This document shows, piece by piece, positions 48,175 through 60,965 of a DNA stretch of 64,000 nucleotides. The stretch is taken from positions 35,216,001 through 35,280,000 of the forward strand of contig OX597834.1 of assembly GCA_951406725.2 (NCBI GenBank), in the 5' to 3' direction. Numbering within the stretch: the first letter of the stretch is position 1; the number at the start of each line of letters is the position of its first letter. This DNA comes from Octopus vulgaris. Taxonomy: Eukaryota. Below the pieces are notes generated by a model, which did not search any database, was not told the DNA's origin, and worked only from the letters and a program-made list of their open reading frames with translations. Both the position numbers and the translations under genes were made by a program.

Positions 48175-48410
48175 TAGTGGTTCTCAACCATTTTTTTTGC
48201 TTATGGACCCCTCTGATTCCTATTTTGCCCAAATGAACCTTCCTGGCCATTCGATGTTTTAAAACTCGTGTTATTTTTATAATGGAATATTATTAGGAAG
48301 AAATTATTAAAAAGAAATTGTTAAAAATATTTTTTGCCTTGAGGGAAATAGGACTAGTCTGTTGGATCCTCAACCACCAAAGTCATAGGGGCCTTGTTTG
48401 AGAACCACTA
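48175..48410. mobile_element. hAT-type MITE
   Basis: TIR TAGTGGTTCTCAA/TTGAGAACCACTA, 8-bp TSD ATTCAGAT/ATTTAGAT. Confidence 0.75.
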
Positions 48411-51400
48411 ATTTAGATCATTTTAAAACGGGAAGCTTACAGAACAAAGGAGCAGTCTGGGGTGGGTTGGTATCAGAAGGGTTAAAATGTTCATATTTTA
48501 AATAAAAAATCTTCCTTCCAGCATAATTTCATGCAAAAAGTCTTTTGTTGTGTTTCAAACACTTGGTGGATGTCGAAATAAACTTAAATGTTGTATATTT
48601 TTCTAAATGAAATGAAACTGTTGGTTGTTTTCATAGGTTGGAAACATGGTGAGAAATGGTTAAAAATTGGTGAGGTGGTGATATGGTCATCTTCTGTAGA
48701 TGATCATGTGTGTAGATGTCTTATGTCATGTCTTGTGTGATTTGTTGGTCATCTGGGACAAGGGAACAATCTTTGGGTTGGATGGTCATTTCATGTAAAC
48801 AGTTAACTTAATCTGGGTTGCTGTTGTCTTGCATGGATCAGTAATCATACCCATAATCTCCTAGAGATACAGGTGTGGCTGTGTGGTTAAGAAGTTTGCT
48901 TTCCAACCACATGGTTTGGAGTTCAGTCCCACTGCATATTTGTTTCTTTATTACCCACAAGGGGCTAAACATAGAGAGGACAAACAAGGACAGACAAACG
49001 GATTAAGTTGATTACATCGACCCCAGTGCATAACTGGTACTTAATTTATTGACCCCGAAAGGATGAAAGTCAAAGTCGACCTTGGCGGAATTTGAACTCA
49101 GAACGTAATGGCAGACGAAATACGGCTACGCATTTCACCCGGTGTGCTAACGGTTCTGCCAGCTTACCATCCCACTGCATATCAGTGGTTGTTGTATTGG
49201 GTGTGCCACTACACCCAATGCCACCCAATTTCAAGCAGGGCTATAACAAGTTTTCCAGTAAGATTTGTGATTAAGTCACAGCAGACACCTAGCTCACCTG
49301 GAATATACACCCCTGCTGGATTATACCTAGGGTGAGTGTCTTCTACTATAGCCTCAGGGCCAAAAGCTTTATAAAGGGGTTTAGTAGACAGGAACTGAAA
49401 AATCCCATCTGATGTGTGCAAGTGTGAATGTGCATATGTTTTTGTATCTCCTTGTTTTGGCATTGCATTATTGCTATAAATAAACGTCATTTCATTTCCA
49501 ATATTCGGTGAAAACCTGTTTCACCATGGGGTGAATATTACCTTGCTTGGAAACTGGTGAAAGTTGGCAGAAACAGGTAAGGGCATCCAACCACGGATAA
49601 TCTGCCTCAATAAACTTCATCAGACCCATGCAAGCTCAGAAAAGGGGGCATTAAAACGATGATGATGTATCTGTGCTGTCAGTGACCATATCACACGTCA
49701 GAGTCCACCACGCAAGAAAATAAGGGAAGACAAAACCTTGGGGAAGCAAAAGAAGGGAAGACAGCCCCAGTGTAACTGGGAAATCTCTGGATAGTTGCTG
49801 TAACAATGAATTTCTTCATTTTACATATTTATAGTTTAAGAAACTTGTCTGATCTCAGCACATGGTTTACCATTTATTTACATTACATGATGGTCAAATG
49901 TTGAAGCATAGCTTGCAATGAGTAAAACAGCTTGGAAACGACCTATCTAATGCCAGTCTCTGACCACTGTCCAGTACGCTCGGTACCATCCCGCCTCCTG
50001 TAATCTTTCCAACCATCCATTCGCCAGTCTATCTGTCTATCTCTCTTATCAACTCTACCGCCTCCTCCTCCTCCTTTCACTATAATTAGTACATAGTTTA
50101 AAGTTGGACAAAGTATTCTGTTTGAGAACAATATGAGATGGGAGAGGTGACCTCCCTTGCTTACTCTATATGGACACAAAGTGTGTGTCAATAGCCAGTT
50201 GGAAAAGATTTTTCCTGGGGATCAACAGTAGTAACATCGTACTTGAACAGGACTGTCACATTCTGTTGGCAAATAAACTTTACTATTTGGTACTGTTATT
50301 GCATCTCTCTCTCAGAGATTTAAAACTAGCTGTTTCTCTCTTTGTGAGATGATCAGCGACTGTGTGTCGCTTAAAAAATATATAGTTTAAGCAAGTTGAG
50401 TGAGCTTCCATCACTAGCCTGTGATTGTCTTGCATCGAGGATGTGGAAAAAAACCCGGAAGCCTAGGTCTTTGAGTACCACGTAGGGCTAGAGATTGGAG
50501 TGATGACCTTCCTTGGCTTACACTTTGCAGACACAAACGGTGTGTCGAAAGCCAGCTGGAAAAGATTTTTCCTGGGGCCAAACAACAATAACATCGTTGG
50601 CAAATAAACTTTACTATATACATATATATATATATTGAGTCAATTATGTCAACATCAAATGGAAATTGTAGTTATGATACCCGTGCCGGTGGCACCTAAA
50701 ATGCACCATCCGAACGTGGCCGTTTGCCAGCCTCTTCTGACCCCTGAGCCAGTTGCACGTAAAAAGCACCCACTACACTCATGGAGTGGTTGGCGTTAGG
50801 AAGGGCATCCAACTGTAGAAACACTGCCAGCTCACCTGCGACGGACCGGTGTCCCATCCAGGTGGGGAGCCTATACGCCGAGGAAACCAGGAAACCGGCC
50901 CTAATGAGCCAGGCTTGGCTTGAGAAGGAACAAACAATATATATGCCGAAAGTCACTGTCCTTTTTCTTATTCTCCCTCTCAGTTTTGGGGTCTCTTTAC
51001 GTTTTTGCAAGTTGGTGTCAAGAAGGGCGTCCAGCCATAAATGCCCTGCCCAAACTGAGACACTGGTCCTCAAACCTATTGGATCTTGTTGAATTGTACA
51101 ACCTATGCCCACATGGAAAGCAGACATAAAACAATGATGATAGTTATATGTAGTTTACTGTTCCGTTATTAGTAGGCTCGACAAAAAGAGTACTCTATCC
51201 AGCGAGAGATAAATCTCATTTTAAAAGGGTAAGGACCCTTTCGATCACGAATGACCATGGGATTGCATTGCACTTAGAAAGTTCCCCTCTAAGGCGCAAG
51301 TGCGGGTAAGGTTGTTTATGGAAGGCCAGCAGTCGCGCCTGCATACTAGTCTCCCCTCTCCATGCCACTGATGTTGTCCAAGAGAAAGGCAAAGGCTGAT

Positions 51401-52165
51401 AGTTTGGCACCAGTGACGTCATGACATGAAATAATGTCTTGCTAAAGAGCACAACACAGCCTAGTCCTAGAATCAAACTCACTGCCTCATGATTGTCAGC
51501 CCAGTGCCATAACCACCTCATATATATATATATATAGTGTTAGGAACATAAATTGTGACTAAAATTTGGTGAAAGATTTTAATTCAAAACTTATGGAAAC
51601 AAGACATTTGTACTCAGAGCCAGAGCCGGTTTCAGCCGGGTTGGTAACGAAAGGGTTAAACCCCAAAAGGACTTGCAGATCAGTTCTTGACTCTTGTTTC
51701 ATAGTGTTAAGAAAGTGAGGGAGATGTCTTCTCTCAAATACAAAGCGCCATCCTTTGTCACAATTTGGTGTGTATACCTACGTACCTACCTACCTACATA
51801 CCTATCCGCCTACTTATTTACCCACTTGCCTTCCTACTTACCTCCCTAAAAGGGGCCATGAACCCTGCTCTTCCTCTTGATTAAGTCATAAAAAGGAAAA
51901 CAAAAGTTAAAGATTCTGGACATGTTTCAGCATTATGAGGCCTCTTCAGCACTTTGTTGACTTCACTTTTGTGGCCCAAAGTATGTAAGTACAGATGAGA
52001 GTGTACTACTAAATAGATGTACAGTAATGTACATCTCATACTTCGCTGCCCGTTTATATATATATCTCTCAAACCCGCCCTGCCCTCCACTCCGTCAGCG
52101 TAAGAACTCGATCGCACCCTCCCCTCTCACTGACTCTCATAGACGTTTCTGTTTTCTTTCTGTAG

Positions 52166-52255
52166 GGTTCTCCCAATGACTGGGAATCTGCAAGCTTTGC
52201 TGGCAATGAAGACCGCAAGGAAAAGTTCCTTCGTTTGATGGGTGCTTCTAATAAG
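52166..52255 (+). CDS. SMAP-domain exon (small acidic protein, C11orf58-like)
   Basis: tttctgtag|GSPNDWESASFAGNEDRKEKFLRLMGASNK|gtaaat; 'W....G.E.RK.KFLRLMGA' is the SMAP-family signature (also in RSRC2/KNOP1 C-termini). Confidence 0.88.
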
Positions 52256-52880
52256 GTAAATAAACGAAAACCAATACTAAGTCCTTAGCGTGTGATGGTC
52301 ATTCTTGTTGGTTTGGATAGGGGCTTGCGCAAACAGAAACCAATTAGGGATTAACCCCTTCTTTTTTTAACATTTTTTTTTTTGGTTTGTTTTTGAAAAT
52401 AACAATAAACACATCATCCTCCGCTCCTCGTTTCCCTGTATTTCTTCATTAATGCTTCCTCGTTTATATTGGTGCCGCCTCGTGGCTGGCAAAACCAAAG
52501 TTAACCCTTCCTACCGCTAACCAGGATGGATTAATCCCCACCTTTTTTTTTTTTATATTTTTTTTTGTTTGCTTTTGAAAATGATTATACTTATCTCGTC
52601 CTCGGCACCTCCTCATTGCCCTGTGCTTCCTCATGTATGTCGGCATCTCTTGTGGCTGACAAAACCAAAGTTACCCCTTCTTATTGCTAACCAGGAATGA
52701 AATATGGTCCCTCTTTTTGGTTTTTTATTTTATTTTTTTTGATCAATCATTTTTGTTGTTTACTCAGGTTAATTACTATCCACTAGGCGTTGAATGTCAC
52801 ATAGTCCAATTGTGACCAACCCTGTTTATTTATTTTTTTTTTTTTCAGGCATAGTAGATTCAGAACTATGCTACCCAATG

Positions 52881-52911
<31 letters not shown>

Positions 52912-53282
52912 GTAAATCAGTGAAATTTGACTTGGTGGGGTAGTTAGCTGCTGTGTCTTGCAACCAGAGTTGCCATGTACAGGAATATCGACTATCTCAT
53001 TGGCTTGCGTTTTCGTTCCCTCGTTTAACCCCCGAGTCAAACCTGATTTAGCGGACCTTAATGTCACGTCATATTTCTGCAGGGTTAGGACAGGATGGAG
53101 TGGAGTGGGTTGCGGGGAGCAAAGGTGGGAATGGTGTCACTGCTCTCAACCAATCCCTCTGTATTTACCGGTCATGCAACTCTGGAAAGGGGATGAAAAG
53201 CAAATTTCACATGAGGCTCTTCAGGTGGGGTTTAACGCTTTGTTACCATATTTCTGTTGAAATACATTGCTTTTGTTTCTTC

Positions 53283-53356
53283 CAGGGCCGTGGAGTTGAA
53301 ACAAAAAAGACTCCGACTACCCCCTAATTGTTTCTGACTCCAACTCCACAGCCCTG
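53283..53356. mobile_element. 74-bp minimal hAT MITE
   Basis: CAGGGCCGTGGAGTTG...CAACTCCACAGCCCTG with perfect 8-bp TSD GTTTCTTC. Confidence 0.8.
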
Positions 53357-53961
53357 GTTTCTTCTACTTGTTTTAGCTTTTATTTGATTCAGTCATTGTA
53401 CTGTGGCCATGCTGGGACCCTGCTTTCAAGGGTTTAGTCAAACAAAATGACCCCTGTACTTTTTTTTTTTTTTTGTAAGCTTGGTACACTTGTTCTGTTG
53501 GTCTTTTTCTTGCCAAACTGCTAAGTTACAGGACATAAACAAACCAAGACTGGTTGTCAAGGAAAAGGTGTAACATACAGACAAACACAGATACACACAC
53601 ACGTGATGGGCTTCCGCATAGTTTCCATGTATTAATTCACTCACAAGGCATTGGTTGGTCGGGAGCTATAGTTGAAGACACTTGTCCAAGGTGCCAAGCA
53701 GTAGGATTGAACCCTAAACCACAAGGTTGCAAAATGACTTTTAACAACAGGTCAGATATAAATTTACAAGCTGGCAGAATTGTTGGCACACCGGGTGATA
53801 TGCTCAATGGCATTTTGTCTGTCATTACATTCTGAGTTCAAATTCTACCAAGGTCGATTTTGCCTTTCATCCTTTTGGGGTTGATGAAATAAGTACCAGT
53901 TACGCACTATTTCCCCTGCCTCCATTTTTCAGGCTTTGTGCCTATAATAAGCAAGATCATT

Positions 53962-54318
53962 ATTACCTCTGCCTTAACGAAGGTGGAAGTATTGTTTTCA
54001 GTTGTGTTTGTATGTTTATCCATGGACAAGATATCTCAAGAACCGCTGGATGGATTCTGATGAAACTTTCAGGGATGTTTAGCCTTGTGACTGGCACAAA
54101 CTGATTAGATTTTGGGACCGATCCAGTACCAGACAAGGATTTGGGATTATTTTTCCTGTTTTTTTTAGAGCGTTCTGGTTCATTTTTAGTATTCTCGTTT
54201 GTGAGAGCATTCGAGTTTTATTTCAGATGTTCTCATTTTAAAAATCATCTCCGATTAATTGTTGAGAGGATGTTGATGTTGCCCTTGGCAGAGGTTTGCG
54301 CTCTCTGAGTGCTCTTGT
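53962..54318 (+). mobile_element. Helentron-associated non-autonomous element (HINE/DINE-1-like)
   Basis: subterminal inverted repeat ACCTCTGCC/GGCAGAGGT, 3' palindrome GCGCTCTCTGAGTGC, insertion in a TTA-rich site. Confidence 0.6.
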
Positions 54319-56359
54319 TATTATTATTGTTAATGCTTCTTTAAAGCAGTGAGCTAAAAGGACCGTTACCACATGGGGCCCAGGTACTTAACTGGTGTCC
54401 TATATGCAAAGACGTGGGCAAGTAAGATGTGGGCTACCAACGAAGAGGGATGAACATCGATTGGCTATGACATACAGGGCCATGGAAAGATCCATGCTCG
54501 GAACATCATTGTAAAATCATATCCGAAATGATGTAATTTGAGAACGTAGCAGGGTCGCAGAATTTATTACCTGTTTCCAAGCAAGGTAATAAGAGACAGA
54601 CATCTTTTCACAAAATGTTGGAAACCTATAACATTCATTTACAGCATTCATGTGAAGACAAGGAGATACAAGGCTAGACTCATACGCAGCAAGTTTCTTT
54701 TGGTATCTGTATCAACTTCATGCCCAAGGCTTTGGTTAGCCCAGGGCTATAGAAAAAAAAATAGGTGCAGGAGTGATTGGGTGGTAAGGACCTTGCTTCC
54801 CAACCACATGGTTCCGGGTTCAGTCCCACTGCATGGCATTTTGGGCAACTGTCTAATACTATAGTCTTGGCTCAACCAAAGCCTTGTGAGTGGATCTGGT
54901 AGACGGAAACTGAAAGAAGCCCGTCGTATATCTGTGTGTGTATGTATGCTTGTGTTTGCCCCCCCCCCCAGCATCACTTGACAACCGGTTCGGCAAAAGA
55001 GTCCGGTAGAATAAGTACTAGGCTTACAAAGAATAAGTCCTGGGGATGATTTGTTCAACTAAAGATGTGCTCCAGCATGGCTGCAGTCAAATGACTGAAA
55101 CAAGTAAAAGAATAAAAGAACCTATATATATATATAGTTAAATAAAATTCAGGTAAAAACCTCACACAAAGCTCATCTGCCGTTATTGGCTACCTGATGT
55201 TACTATACAGTGGAAATGCTGCTGTTACTGGATATACATCAGGAATGACAGTAAGATCTAACAAAGGACTTCTTTTAAACGATTACCTGGGGAGGTGCAT
55301 TTTACACTTTCTTTGGATGATAAATGAAAGCACATCTCACCAATGTACTACAAGTGTTAAAAGGCGGTAAGCTGGCAGAAACGTTAGCACACAAGGCGAA
55401 ATGCTTAGCGGCATTTCATTTCTCTTTACATTCTGGGTTCAAATTCCGCTGAGGTCGACTTTGCCTTTCATCCTTTCAGAGGTCAAAAAAATTAAGTAGC
55501 AGTTGCGTACTGGGGTCAATCTAATCAACTGGCCCCCTTCACAAAAATTTCGGGCTTTGTGCCTAGAGTAGAAAAGAATGTACTTTAACCCTTTCGTTAC
55601 CAACCCAGCTGAAACCGGCTCCGGCTCTGAGTACAAATGTCTTGTTTTCATAAGTTTTGAATTAAAATTTTCCGATAAACCTCAGTCACAATTTATGTTC
55701 CTAACACCAGCTGAATGATAACAAAGTTATTTTACTAAATTCTTTGTTATATCTAAAATTAATTGAAAGAAACACATCACAAAATAAATACGGTAACAAA
55801 AGGGTTAAGTGTGAAAATCTGTCAAAACAGTTGTAGAGATTTTAAATGAAGAATGCCATTCATACCATTTTCTATCTATCTATACATACATACATACATA
55901 TGTGTGTGGTGGAGACAGGGCAGTGGTAAATCGGGCCCTGTGATCCTGTGAACTGGTTGTTAAAATGTTTCTTTTAAATAAAAACCGGTTCTTGCTTTTT
56001 GTGCTAAACATGGAACCCTATTGGGAAAAAAATCAAAGAATTCACACCATATGTATATGTGTATAGTATAGTATATATATGTGTGGATCTTTATGAATTG
56101 TTCTTGATGAAGTGTCTGAATATATTCGCATACATTATGTACATACCTAGAAATACTTCATTTTCTCTCTCTCTTCTCACATGCATATCAAAGTTTATGA
56201 TTTCATGTGTATCATTATGTTCACATGCATTATATACACACACATACTATAGCCTCATTCCCTTCACACACATGTCTACATATATATGTTTGTATGTATA
56301 TATGTGTGTGTACATATGTATGTATTTGTATATATATATATATGTATTTTTTTCAAAAT

Positions 56360-56556
56360 GTGACCTCGTGTGTACCGTTGGCGATTTTTTTCCTCTGTCT
56401 TCCCTTCTCTGGATCTTTCCTTCTCCTATGTTTCCAACGAAGAGCTCCGCTCGAAACGTTAAACCCTCCTTCTTTCCTGAGCGTCCGATAATACTATATT
56501 TATTCCACGTCCTCGCGTTGTTGTGTTTTTTTGTGCTTTCTTCTTTGGATTAACTT
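56360..56556 (+). mobile_element. Penelope-like pLTR remnant (second copy 57780-57977)
   Basis: two ~195-bp near-identical copies ending in (TA)n, carrying a ...GA-AGAGCTCCGCTC-GAAACGTT hammerhead-like motif. Confidence 0.55.
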
Positions 56557-56589
<33 letters not shown>

Positions 56590-57542
56590 GTGTGTGTGTG
56601 TGTTATATATGTATGTGTATATCCCCTTGGGATGGGTCCATATATGATTTGTTAAAATTTATTTTTACAATACAGAAAATATTTTCACAATTTTTATTTA
56701 CACAATTCCAAATAGTATTTAATCCTAAAAATATAATGGCGTTTAAAAAATTTTTTTAAAATCAAATGGCTATGAGGGTCCATCTGTCAAAATAGGGGTC
56801 AAAAGGGTCCATAGGCAGAAAATGGTTGAGAGAACCACTGCTATGGACAAATGATTGACCAGAGATTAGCGAATGCTTAGCGGCATTTTATCCGTCTTTA
56901 TGTTCTGAGTTCAAATTCTGCTGAGGTCGACTTTGCCTTTCATCCTTTCGGAGTCGATGAATTAAGTACCAGTTATGCACTGGGGTCAATATAATCGACT
57001 TAATCCATTTGTCTGTCCTTGTTTGTCCCCTCTGTGTGTAGCCCCTTGTGGCCAATAAAGAAATAAGAATGTTATTTGGAGGAGCTTTGCTTGCTATTTC
57101 TACCTTGTCAAGCAACCATGTAGAGGCTCTTCATGGAGATGAAGACATGATTGTGATGTTGTTAATAATGATGATGATGATGATAGTGGTGGTGGTGGTG
57201 AAAATAATGTTGGTAATGATATCATCATCATCATCATCTGTTTTCGCAGAATTTTGGAAACGAAAGATACTACCTGCACGATGGTGACACCTGCTTACAA
57301 TTACCATGCAATGTCAAGGCAAGGAGACAGTAACACACACACATAAACACACACGTGCCCATACACATAAATAAATATGATGAGCTTCTTTCAGTTTCTC
57401 TCCACCTTATCCACTCACGAGGCTTTGGTCGACCCAGGGTTGTAATAGAAGACACCTGCCGATGGTGCCATGCAGTGAGACTGAACCTGAAACAATCTGG
57501 CTGAGAAGCAAGGTTCTTAACCACACAACTATGCGCTGCACC

Positions 57543-57577
<35 letters not shown>

Positions 57578-57592
57578 AGGGGTTTGAATGAT

Positions 57593-57645
<53 letters not shown>

Positions 57646-57970
57646 CAAGGGAATTCCAACTGTCTGTTTTTTGTTTTATTTATGTTCTTTATAATATTAA
57701 TGTAGAATATACAATATATAGTATAAATAGTAAAATGAAATGAAGTATTGGTTGTCTTACTGAATAGATGACATATTGAATGTGACCGCGTGTGTACTGT
57801 TGGCGATTTTTTTTCCTCTGTCTTCCCTTCTCTGGATCTTTCCTTCTCCTATGTCTCCGATGAAGAGCTCCGCTTGAAACGTTAAACCCTCCTTCTTTCC
57901 TGAGCATTCAATAATACTATATTTGTTCCACGTCCTCGCGTTATGTTATTTTGTGCTTTCTTGTTTGGAT

Positions 57971-58030
<60 letters not shown>

Positions 58031-58137
58031 ATATATAGCATAAAATTGGTTTGAAAAAAAGAGGTAATGATTGTGTGTGTGTGCAATGTCTGATGCCATT
58101 TTCTGGAACTAAAACAAAATCCTTTCTTTTATTTCAG

Positions 58138-58174
58138 AGAGACCAAGATAATCCAGGAAATGAGAAAGGTCTCG
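58138..58174 (+). CDS. possible next SMAP-gene exon
   Basis: strong acceptor ctttcttttatttcag|RDQDNPGNEKGL|gttcgt in phase 0; no recognisable motif. Confidence 0.45.
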
Positions 58175-59635
58175 GTTCGTATTTCTAATTTCTTTTTTTT
58201 TTTCGTCATTGTTGTTGTTTAGCCCTGGGTTAACAACTCTGACCCTGTAGCAGACCTATGATTAAAGGATGTTCCAGCTGTGACCATCATAGTTTTTTTT
58301 TTTTTTTTTTTTGGTGGCGGTCATCCTCGGTTCAACTTCTCCCAGCTGAGAGGCTTTCATCTTGCAAGTTACTTGGTCACCCCACTGGTGTTGGTGCCAA
58401 ATAGAAAGCACCCAGTACACTTTGTATGGTGGTTGGTATTAGGAAGGGCATCCAGCAGTAGAAACTATGTCAGCAGACGGGAGAGCTTGGTGCAATTCTC
58501 TGGTTTGCCTATCTCCTGTCAAACTGTTCAACCCATACCAGCATGGAAAATGGATGTTAAATGATGATGATTCAAACATAGTGGATATTTAACCCTTTCG
58601 TTACTGTATTTATTTTGAGATGCTTTGTGTTTCTTTCAATTATTTTAAGTATAACAAAGTATTTAGTAAAATAACTAAGTTATCATTAAGCTAGTGTTAG
58701 GAACATAAATTGTGACTAAGGTTTGGTGGAAGATTTTAATTTAGAACTTTTAAAAACATTTGTACTACAGAGCCAGAGCCGGTTTCAGCCGGGTTTGTAA
58801 CAAAAGGGTTAAGAACATTATCCCCTATGTGGGTTAGTGGTCAGGGTATTAGGCACATGATTGTAAAGTCTTGAGTTCAATTCCTGGCTGTGCACTGCGT
58901 CCTTGAGCAAGACATTTTATTTCATGTTGCTCCAGTCTACTCAGAAAGCAGAAATAGGTTGCGCCCGTTCTTTAAAGGGCTAGTCTTGTCACATTCTGTG
59001 TCATACTGAATCTCCCTGAGAACTACATTAAGGATATGTCTGTCTGTGGAGCCCTCGCCACGTACATGTTAATTTTACAAGCAGGTTGATTAAATCATCT
59101 GGAACATTCATCATAACCAACTAGCAGCGAGCCAGTTATCCCCTGTGTCAGGGTGTGTAATTTGAAGGTGATTTGGCTACTATTTCTAACAGGTCGAGCA
59201 ACTATGTAGAAGCCACCTCTTCATTGTTAGATCACCTGCTGGAGGAAACATAGTTACAGAGATAAGATACTGACTCCCCAAACCATGGGTTTTGAGTTCT
59301 TATTTTGTCCACGTGTTTGTTTCTCTGGTTGTTTATAGACATAGATATGGCTGTGTGGTAAGAAGCTTGCTTCCCGACCACATGGTCTTGAGTTCAGTCC
59401 CACTGCATGGCACCTTCAGCATGTGTCTTCAACTATAACTCCAGCCCAGCGAAATCCTTGTGAGTGGATTTGGTTAGTAGAAACTGAAAGAAGCTCATCG
59501 TATGCATGTGTGTGGTGTGTGTTTGTGTCTCCTTGCGCTTGACATCAAGTCATTGTTGTAAACGAGTATCACTGTCATACAAGCAGTGTCGTTTATTTCC
59601 AATGCCCTGTCAGAACATATCTGGCCACTCTCTCT

Positions 59636-59925
59636 CTATCCGCTCAGTCGAAGTTGACTCTCGGTCACTCGTTGGATCAGTGTCCTCCAGTCAGTTCTAT
59701 CCTGGGCCGCTTCCTTCAGATTGGCCATGTCCATTCCAGTATCACTCCTGATGTTGTCAAGGCAGCGGGTTCTTGGTCGGCCTCTTCCTCTCTTGCCACT
59801 GACCATTCCGAGCATGATGTCCTTCTCCAGGGATTCTCTCCGCATAATATGACCGAAATATGCCAATCTACGCTTGGTGATCTCAGCTTCTAGCGACATT
59901 TTCGGCCGTATCTGCTTAAGAACTT
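59636..59925 (-). mobile_element. RTE (Bov-B-like) LINE 3' end
   Basis: KRRLAYFGHIMRRESLEKDIMLGMVSGKRGRGRPRTRCLDNI...AAQDRTDWR. Confidence 0.9.
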
Positions 59926-60911
59926 AAGATCTGGCCACAGGGAAATATTATTACCTTATTTGGAAACCAGTACTTTTCAAATGAAAATACCCTGTATTCA
60001 GGCATGTGCCATGAGTTATTACTCAGGGTAGGCAATTGGTGACATTTATGCAGTAAAGCACATGAAAAAATAAGCGAAATGCAGGTGCCCAACTGAGTTG
60101 GAAGCAGATTTACTTCTGCCTTTATGGGGCATAAAGAAAACGTTGTTGTAGGAGTATATGCAGCATGTGTACTACAGCAGTTCTATGCGTAGCTTTAATA
60201 CTGAGATTCAAAGGAATGGGCGAATTATGCTTACCTAATCTACAAAAATATAAGGTAGTTTGCATTTTATGCATAATAATCAGAGCTTCATAATCTTATT
60301 GAATTAGGTGCATATTTTGCCATAAAAGGAAAATGTTACTATTGGCACATAAAAAGCACCCACTACACTCTCGGAGTGGTTGGCGTTAGGAAGGGCGTCC
60401 AGCTGTAGAAACTCTGCCAGATCAAGATTGGAGCCTGGTGCAGCCATCTGGTTCACCAGCCCTCAGTCAAAATCGTCCAACCCATGCTAGCATGGAAAGT
60501 GGACATTAAACGATGATGATGATGATAATCTATTTCATTCAGGGTAAGCACTACCTGCCTTGCCTCCCCAGGCAGCACATCTGTGCCTGGGTAGTATTTG
60601 TTCCCTACCGAGCTGTCCAGATAATCCCTTACAGCACACTCTCTATCGGAAAGACAGTAAACCAGTGATTAACACTTTGAACACCTGTAGCCATCAAATC
60701 TGACATTAAATGAATGATTAAATCAATAAACACTTAATGGTAATTAAAGATTTAGATCACCTGTAAAAATAATTAACTATTTAATTAGATCCTGTTTGTT
60801 ATTGAAATATAAATGAAGAATAGCTGATTAAGTTTAGGTATTACATTAATTAGTTTATTGCTCCTAGGTGCCATTTCCCTACGTTTCTGAGGAAGCACAA
60901 TGCTATACTGA

Positions 60912-60914
<3 letters not shown>

Positions 60915-60964
<50 letters not shown>
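60915..60964. repeat. (ATT)n microsatellite
   Basis: direct reading. Confidence 0.95.
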
Positions 60965-60965
<1 letters not shown>

